A DNA stretch of 63,770 bases, counting the filler, from Armatimonadota bacterium (GTDB lineage Bacteria; Armatimonadota; Fimbriimonadia; Fimbriimonadales; Fimbriimonadaceae), in the NCBI GenBank assembly GCA_031400935.1. It is 11 parts of 11 records of this genome, joined end to end, with 100 filler letters (N's around TTAATTAATTAA, not from the genome) between each part and the next. Parts side by side here need not be neighbours in the genome. Positions count along the whole stretch, not along the records: positions 53,268 to 58,372 come from JANNQV010000011.1; positions 58,473 to 62,010 come from JANNQV010000019.1; positions 62,111 to 63,770 come from JANNQV010000048.1; 8 more parts are not named here. The stretch is one strand, 5' to 3'. Both the position numbers and the translations under genes were made by a program. Shown here piece by piece: positions 58,015 to 63,770 of the stretch. Under the pieces are notes generated by a model, which did not search any database, was not told the origin of the DNA, and was given only the letters and a program-made list of their open reading frames with translations. Position 1 is the first letter of the stretch; each line of letters opens with the position of its first letter.

Positions 58015-58473
58015 ATCGCTTCAAAGTGGGCGGGGGAGAGGGTCATTGGGGCACCGTCAGAACATCGAGTCCAAGTTCTGTGAATTCTGGTTTGTCGTGC
58101 AACAGCGCATACTCGACACCGCCTAATCCTAATTCCATGAGTTCATAGAACCAAAGCTCATACAGAGAATTCTCTTGTTCATCCGACATTGGTTGGGAGG
58201 TGTTAAAAGCCATCACCCCTTCACCACCTTAAGCTCTGCAAGTGCTACTGCTAGTGCGTCCCTCTCGTGTACGTTCCATCCGTGGAGTAGCCCGTATACC
58301 TTTTCCTCTTTAGGCGGTAGCGGTTTGCCAGACTTTGAAACCCGTTTGTCGTTCCAAATGGTCTTATCACCGNNNNNNNNNNNNNNNNNNNNNNNNNNNN
58401 NNNNNNNNNNNNNNNNTTAATTAATTAANNNNNNNNNNNNNNNNNNNNNNNNNNNNNNNNNNNNNNNNNNNNG

Positions 58474-58671
58474 ATCGAAATCCAATCGCAAGTCGGGCTT
58501 GAAACGACTTGGACAACGATTGCCTTCGACACCAACGCCCCGTACCTTGACGGCCGCGGTCCCGTCACGCCAAACACTCCCGAGCAAAGACGCTTCCGGG
58601 GCAGATTCAGAGATAACGACGTTCCATTTGGAACATGGAGCGACACCGTGAGCGTCACCGCTCAGGCGTAG
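58474..58671 (+). CDS. C-terminal fragment of a paralog of 6110-6790
   Basis: Manual translation IEIQSQVGLETTWTTIAFDTNAPYLDGRGPVTPNTPEQRRFRGRFRDNDVPFGTWSDTVSVTAQA*. Confidence 0.6.
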   Translation: MEIQSQVGLETTWTTIAFDTNAPYLDGRGPVTPNTPEQRRFRGRFRDNDVPFGTWSDTVSVTAQA

Positions 58672-58769
58672 CGCAATGAAAAGGTAATGCAGGTTATGAT
58701 CCGACTCTCGCCTATTCGCTTTGTCGAAATGAGCGAGTGATCAAATCAAACTGGCGAAGTGATAAATAA

Positions 58770-59930
58770 ATGACTTCCTCAAATTCTAGACACCGCGTCC
58801 CGGTGATTATTGCTATCTTGGTCTTTATCGCGATCATCGTTATTCTCGTGATTTGGAAATTTAGTAAGCCAGAGCTCACACCCGATCCACCTGTTGCAGA
58901 AGGAAAGGGCTCAAATTATTGGTCAAACTTAATTGAAGGAAGGCCAGATGACATCCCAGACTTGATGAAGGTCAAGTATAAAAACCTCCTTGAAGACCGT
59001 TCGCGGATATTAAGCAAGCAAGTCGTAGCTGGCGCAAGCCTTAGTCAAACAGACTTTCGAATCCGGGCAGTGATAGACCATGGCCAAACGTGGCAACCCG
59101 GCTCAACTGTGACCGTTGCATTCTTGCCAGTAAAAGACGAGATTACGAATCCCGGACCGGACAGCGGCCAGTTTATTGATAAACTAAGATGCAAGATAGA
59201 GAAGCTTGCAATAGAATGGGTAGATTCTCCTCCCCATAAGGCCAATCTTAAGCTTAGTTTTAGAGATGCTCAAGGCATGTTCCGAGAGTGGAAAGAAGGT
59301 GAATCAACTCACTCTGCCCAGATTCGAATAAAAATTGACACGCCTGAAGAATTTGGTTCCTTAACTGGGAAGGAAGCTGAGGATAAATTGATCATTGGCA
59401 AACCGTCAATGAAGCTCAAAAAAATCCAGAAAGATTTAGCAGATCCTGAATGGATGCGCTTGATACAACACGAATTCGGACATGCACTTGGTTTGTGGCA
59501 TGACCACCAGGATCCAAACGGAGAGTTCAAAGCCGCAATAATCGTTAAGACGCCAGATAATTACAAAGAGAACTTGAGAGCCGGTTCATATATTCCCGAC
59601 GATAATGGTATTAGCCCTGGCGCGTATCTTTGGTTCAGTGAGTTCCCTAACAACAAGAGCAGCACATGGGTGGATGAGCAAGTTCTCGCGCTTCCACCAT
59701 CTGGCAAATGCCTCCAAGTTAGCTTTGACACGAAATCCATCATGCGCTACTACCTGCCCATATTTTTGTTCAAGCCTGCCGAACAGGGCAAGTTTGGTTC
59801 GGCCAAGAATTATGCAATTTCAGATTTAGACAAAGAAGCAATTCGGCGGTTTTATCCTTTCGAAAAGGAAAAGGTGAAAAAGATCGCAGAGTTTCAAAAT
59901 TCATTCAAGATGACAATTTCCGGCAAGTGA
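58770..59930 (+). CDS. membrane-anchored astacin/M12A-like metallopeptidase
   Basis: N-terminal TM; HEFGHALGLWHDHQ; DTKSIMRY Met-turn. Confidence 0.8.
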   Translation: MTSSNSRHRVPVIIAILVFIAIIVILVIWKFSKPELTPDPPVAEGKGSNYWSNLIEGRPDDIPDLMKVKYKNLLEDRSRILSKQVVAGASLSQTDFRIRAVIDHGQTWQPGSTVTVAFLPVKDEITNPGPDSGQFIDKLRCKIEKLAIEWVDSPPHKANLKLSFRDAQGMFREWKEGESTHSAQIRIKIDTPEEFGSLTGKEAEDKLIIGKPSMKLKKIQKDLADPEWMRLIQHEFGHALGLWHDHQDPNGEFKAAIIVKTPDNYKENLRAGSYIPDDNGISPGAYLWFSEFPNNKSSTWVDEQVLALPPSGKCLQVSFDTKSIMRYYLPIFLFKPAEQGKFGSAKNYAISDLDKEAIRRFYPFEKEKVKKIAEFQNSFKMTISGK

Positions 59931-59959
59931 AAATTGTCTCAATTCTCGGAGGAAGCAAC

Positions 59960-61246
59960 ATGAAGATTCAAAAACTCATAATCGTCTCATTCGCTATTCT
60001 AACTACAGCAGTAGCAAATGGGCAATCCAAAGTCACGATTAACTATGACTGGCAAAACAAGAAGTACACGGTGAGCACCGATGGAACCGATGGACCTGGG
60101 CTTATTCGCACCAAAGAGGCTAGACATAAAGCAAACGTTGGCGATGACGTTTCGATTCGGATCACGAACATAAACACGAACACCTACGGAGCCAAGTTCA
60201 AAATCGAGCTAAAGCCTGCTGAAGGGAGAGCATTGACCGATGCTATCACTACACTTCTTTCGAGCGGATTCAGAAGTGGTGATTTCAATAATGTTGGCCC
60301 TTCGACAACTGAACCTTGGAATACATACAGAACTGCTTGGTCAGCTTCTAAAAAGACTGAATTTGCATGGGAAGGTGTCGAAAAAAACTTAAAGGACTTC
60401 AAGGAAAGCTATGCAAGAAATGCAGTAACAACCCTAAAGTCGTCGGTTGTGGCAGCTGTTGTTGGTTCAAAAGCTGGGATTGTCGAGTTAACACCTGAAT
60501 CAATTAGAGAATTACGGACAAATAGGTTGGCATTGCTAGCTGACGCTCGGGCAAAACTCGAAACTTGGTATCTATCGAATGTTGCAAATAACCAAATTCC
60601 GGAAGATATTAAGGAGCGAAACGTTGAGGAAATCAAGTTGCTTGATAAACATGCTGCTGCTCTAAAACTCTTGATCGCAGGCTTGAATTACGCCATGGAC
60701 GACGAGAATTTTGTTATTGAATCTGATGCTGCGACTCTTACAGACAACGATGATATTCTAATTTCGACTGAGATCACTCCGAAAAAGGAGAATGATGCGG
60801 CCGAAAAGCCAGAGAACTTCTCAGATTTCTTTTTTGCAAAGCGAAAACTAAAAGACTACAGCGTTGGAATTGCGTACGATGAGCTCGTAGATGGAAACTA
60901 CATTCTTCGCGGTTCTACTATAACAGCAGGTGCCACTGATGCCCATCGGCTGGGGCTTTTTGCACTCCACCACATTCCCATTGGCGACGAAAATGGCAAG
61001 TCTGTACCTGCAATATCGCTCGGCGCGGGAATCAAGACCGATGAGGAACTTCGAACCTATATTGGATTGAGTTGGTATTTTGGGAAAGATCAACGTGCTG
61101 TTTTTACAATTGGCTATGCCTTTGGAAAGGCTCTGCGGTTGGATGGCTACGAAGTCGGAAATAATTTGCCCGAAGGCGAAACCACGATCCCGACAAAGCG
61201 TGTTACTGAGAAAAAACTCTTTATTGGGTTTTCTATTAGACAATAG
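59960..61246 (+). CDS. secreted hypothetical protein with C-terminal beta-barrel-like region
   Basis: Signal peptide from MKIQKL; amphipathic strands ending LFIGFSIRQ. Confidence 0.6.
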   Translation: MKIQKLIIVSFAILTTAVANGQSKVTINYDWQNKKYTVSTDGTDGPGLIRTKEARHKANVGDDVSIRITNINTNTYGAKFKIELKPAEGRALTDAITTLLSSGFRSGDFNNVGPSTTEPWNTYRTAWSASKKTEFAWEGVEKNLKDFKESYARNAVTTLKSSVVAAVVGSKAGIVELTPESIRELRTNRLALLADARAKLETWYLSNVANNQIPEDIKERNVEEIKLLDKHAAALKLLIAGLNYAMDDENFVIESDAATLTDNDDILISTEITPKKENDAAEKPENFSDFFFAKRKLKDYSVGIAYDELVDGNYILRGSTITAGATDAHRLGLFALHHIPIGDENGKSVPAISLGAGIKTDEELRTYIGLSWYFGKDQRAVFTIGYAFGKALRLDGYEVGNNLPEGETTIPTKRVTEKKLFIGFSIRQ

Positions 61247-61473
61247 AAAATTGTCGTCCAAACCTTGCTATGGCTAGATGTCGGGGCGTATATTCTGCGA
61301 CCCGACACTCGATGGCTCGCTCTTGATGTCGCGATTTTGATGTCGCGACCCTCTCCTGATCCCTCGGCTCTCAAAGCTCGTTTCGAAACTCAATAAAGTC
61401 CATCCAGCTTTCCTAACGAGCGAAGGGCCGAGGGTCTCATCGGGACTTCCAGAAGAACCAGCTAGAATGAGAA

Positions 61474-61701
61474 ATGGTCGAATATAGCTTTTCTCGTCTC
61501 GGATTTCGAAAGTCGGTCATTGATCCGCTTTCTGACGATGAATCGTTTCGAGTCATTACGCCCGCTGGAGTATTTGAGATGACGAAGCGGGAGTTTTACA
61601 CGACTTTTCTCAATGTAACAATGACCATGAGCTATCGCGAGCGGGGACTATATCACTACCCGACAGTTCCATCAAAAGCACTGCAATTCAAGATTCGTTG
61701 A
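61474..61701 (+). CDS. small hypothetical protein
   Basis: 75-aa ORF; TAGAAT 5 nt before the ATG. Confidence 0.5.
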   Translation: MVEYSFSRLGFRKSVIDPLSDDESFRVITPAGVFEMTKREFYTTFLNVTMTMSYRERGLYHYPTVPSKALQFKIR

Positions 61702-61721
61702 CACATCTTTCGTTGTGGCTA

Positions 61722-61949
61722 CTAGTTCCCAATTACCTTTCCTGGCAGAGGAGTCGCTTTTCCAATCTTAATTAAAAAACGCAAAGCCTCATTGACAGCT
61801 TCCGCAGTTGGAAATACTTTTGCCACATCTGGAGCGATTTCAACATAACCGCCTTTCAGTTTTCGACCCGGTCCCCTTGCGACAACTGTCATCGAAGCGA
61901 AATCGTATTCTGGTTTCAGAGAGTCATCGGTTTCAAATGTCTTTTTCAT
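61722..61949 (-). CDS. BrnA-like antitoxin
   Basis: DD.LKPEYDF...RG..V.IAPDVAKVFPTAEAVNEALR.LI pattern. Confidence 0.7.
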   Translation of the reverse strand: MKKTFETDDSLKPEYDFASMTVVARGPGRKLKGGYVEIAPDVAKVFPTAEAVNEALRFLIKIGKATPLPGKVIGN

Positions 61950-62010
61950 AGCTTTTTCTTTCAGATTCATTTAGCTCAAAGCGAATTCGGTTCGCTATGG
62001 AATGGCAAGC
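61933..62010 (-). pseudogene. possible degenerate BrnT toxin C-terminus
   Basis: ..NRIRFELNESERKSYEKDI* overlaps the antitoxin start and lacks the usual IISAR motif. Confidence 0.35.
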
Positions 62011-62256
62011 NNNNNNNNNNNNNNNNNNNNNNNNNNNNNNNNNNNNNNNNNNNNTTAATTAATTAANNNNNNNNNNNNNNNNNNNNNNNNNNNNNNNNNN
62101 NNNNNNNNNNCGGTGCCATTTACGATAGGTTCAAAACTGCATACAGAATCAAGTAGTCAAGTTCAAACTCACCACAAAGAGCCCAAAAAACACCATGCCC
62201 TTTAAAAAACGCAGAAAACCAGGAACTTGACCCAACCCGGTATCCTTATACTTCCC

Positions 62257-63768
62257 ATGAAACCGTTTCGGCTATACGATTCCATGACTCGGCAGGTGAA
62301 GGAGCTCCAAACCGCCGAGCCCGGCCATCTGCGTTTCTACACCTGCGGGCCGACTGTTTATTCCTACGCCCATATCGGAAATTTTCGAAGCTTTCTCACC
62401 GCTGATCTGGTAACCCGCACGGCTAGGGCCCTTGGTTGGAAGGTGACTTGGGTAGTAAATGTCACAGACGTAGGACACCTCACCGATGATGACGTCGCCG
62501 ATTCCCAGGGCGAAGACAAGATGGAAAAGGCGCTCAAAAGCAAAGAGGGTGAGCAGTTTCACAACGTTTGGGAACTAGCAGAATTCTATACCGACGCCTT
62601 TTTGAGGGATTGGCGAAATCTGAACCTGACAGAGCCAGATGTTCGTCCGAAAGCCACACAGCACGTCCGCGAACAGATCCACGCTGCCGAAGAACTGATT
62701 AAAAAGGGCTTTGCTTATGAAACTCCAACGGGCGTTTATTTCAATGTAGAGAAGTTTCCCGAATATGGCAAATTAAGCGGAAACACGCGTGAAAAACTTC
62801 GAGACGCTGTGCGAGATGTGGTGCAAGACGACAACAAGCGCGACCAAGCCGATTTTGCCATTTGGAAAAAAGACGACAAGCACCTGATGCAGTGGTATTC
62901 GCCGTACGGATGGGGTTTTCCGGGCTGGCATATCGAATGCTCGGTCATGTCGCGCGCCTATTTGGGCGACACTTTGGACCTTCATAGCGGCGGGGAGGAC
63001 AACCGTTTCCCACACCACGAATGCGAGATCGCGCAAAGCGAAGCGCTTTATGGAAAACCTTTCTGCAACCATTGGCTGCACGTGAGTTTTTTGCAAGTTG
63101 ATGGCAAAAAGATGTCGAAATCGCTGGGGAATTGGTACACCGTTCGCGACCTGGTGAATGGCAAAGGGGTGGATCCCCTCGCCCTTCGATATGCGCTGAT
63201 TTCGGTTCCCTACAACAAGCCGTTCAACTTTACGATGAGGACTCTTGAGGATTCTGTTCGAACCATTGAGCGCTACCGGGAATGCGCCAAATTGATCGAC
63301 GCGGCAATAAAGAGCAAAAGGGAAGGCGATGACAAAGTCGGGCCAGCTTTGGACCGGCTGAATCAAGAGGCAGTTGATGCCATGTGCGAAGATTTGAATA
63401 CGTCGGTCGCTCTTGCCAAAGGCTATGAAGCGACGAAAGTAATTCTAAGGGAAGGGGCAGCACTATCCAAAGCCTCGGCGGAGTCGGCTTCGGCATTTTT
63501 GGCGAAATACAACGATTTGATGGGGGTTGTGCCAGATGCCAATGTCTCACAAAAAGTGATTGGAGAAATTGTTTCTGCCAGCGGTGGCTCGTCTTCCAGA
63601 GTAGAGGATCAGCTAATTGAAGCCAAAATCGCTGAACGCGCTGAAGCCAAAGCGTCTAAGGACTTTGCGAGAGCCGATGCGATTCGGAAAGAACTTGACG
63701 CAAAAGGAATCGAACTCCGCGATGCGCCTGAAGGAACGACTTGGAAAGAAAAATCAACGCTGAGTTAA
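62257..63768 (+). CDS. cysS: cysteine--tRNA ligase
   Basis: CGPTVY..AHIGN, PGWHIECS, FPHHECEIAQ, KMSKSLGN and ADAIRKEL motifs. Confidence 0.97.
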   Translation: MKPFRLYDSMTRQVKELQTAEPGHLRFYTCGPTVYSYAHIGNFRSFLTADLVTRTARALGWKVTWVVNVTDVGHLTDDDVADSQGEDKMEKALKSKEGEQFHNVWELAEFYTDAFLRDWRNLNLTEPDVRPKATQHVREQIHAAEELIKKGFAYETPTGVYFNVEKFPEYGKLSGNTREKLRDAVRDVVQDDNKRDQADFAIWKKDDKHLMQWYSPYGWGFPGWHIECSVMSRAYLGDTLDLHSGGEDNRFPHHECEIAQSEALYGKPFCNHWLHVSFLQVDGKKMSKSLGNWYTVRDLVNGKGVDPLALRYALISVPYNKPFNFTMRTLEDSVRTIERYRECAKLIDAAIKSKREGDDKVGPALDRLNQEAVDAMCEDLNTSVALAKGYEATKVILREGAALSKASAESASAFLAKYNDLMGVVPDANVSQKVIGEIVSASGGSSSRVEDQLIEAKIAERAEAKASKDFARADAIRKELDAKGIELRDAPEGTTWKEKSTLS

Positions 63769-63770
63769 AA

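Larger units (their letters stand above)
53268..58372 (-). mobile_element. prophage fragment B (replication, methylase, lysis region)
   Basis: Phage-type replication initiator, methyltransferase, many small co-oriented ORFs, and lysis-like genes shared with fragment A. Confidence 0.8.

Noticed and set aside
5851..62110. Ten identical N-flanked TTAATTAATTAA motifs
   Set aside because: These are artificial contig linkers with stops in all six frames. ORFs containing X runs and gene adjacency across them are artefacts.

Overview
This window is not one contiguous locus. It is 11 contigs joined by artificial 100-nt linkers (N44-TTAATTAATTAA-N44) at 5851-5950, 10845-10944, 26402-26501, 29139-29238, 33304-33403, 35544-35643, 37328-37427, 53168-53267, 58373-58472 and 62011-62110, so adjacency across a linker means nothing. 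The DNA is bacterial, about 50% GC. Protein style suggests an Armatimonadota/Fimbriimonadaceae-like draft genome, which is an impression and not a proven assignment. Housekeeping genes include the purQ 3' end, smc, rph, recO, prs, glmU, upp, etfB, rpmG, rpmF, nuoG, cysS, a fused E1 dehydrogenase and tRNA-Thr(TGT). There are several secreted proteases and two uncharacterised membrane operons (a DUF6754 cluster and an SBP-OmpA/ABC cluster). Mobile content is two related prophage fragments, a small element integrated at tRNA-Thr, and several REP-like repeat families. The most unusual signals are: (1) a non-coding, AT-rich array with strict 21-bp phasing (12 units, 6793-7044) directly upstream of an uncharacterised multi-copy gene; (2) a Bcs1-like membrane AAA ATPase placed exactly between the putative endolysin and holin-like genes in one of two sibling prophages; (3) a 17-bp-period iteron-like array after a rep-like gene; (4) widespread leaderless-type promoter geometry. 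All annotations come from motif recognition by eye; no searches were run.
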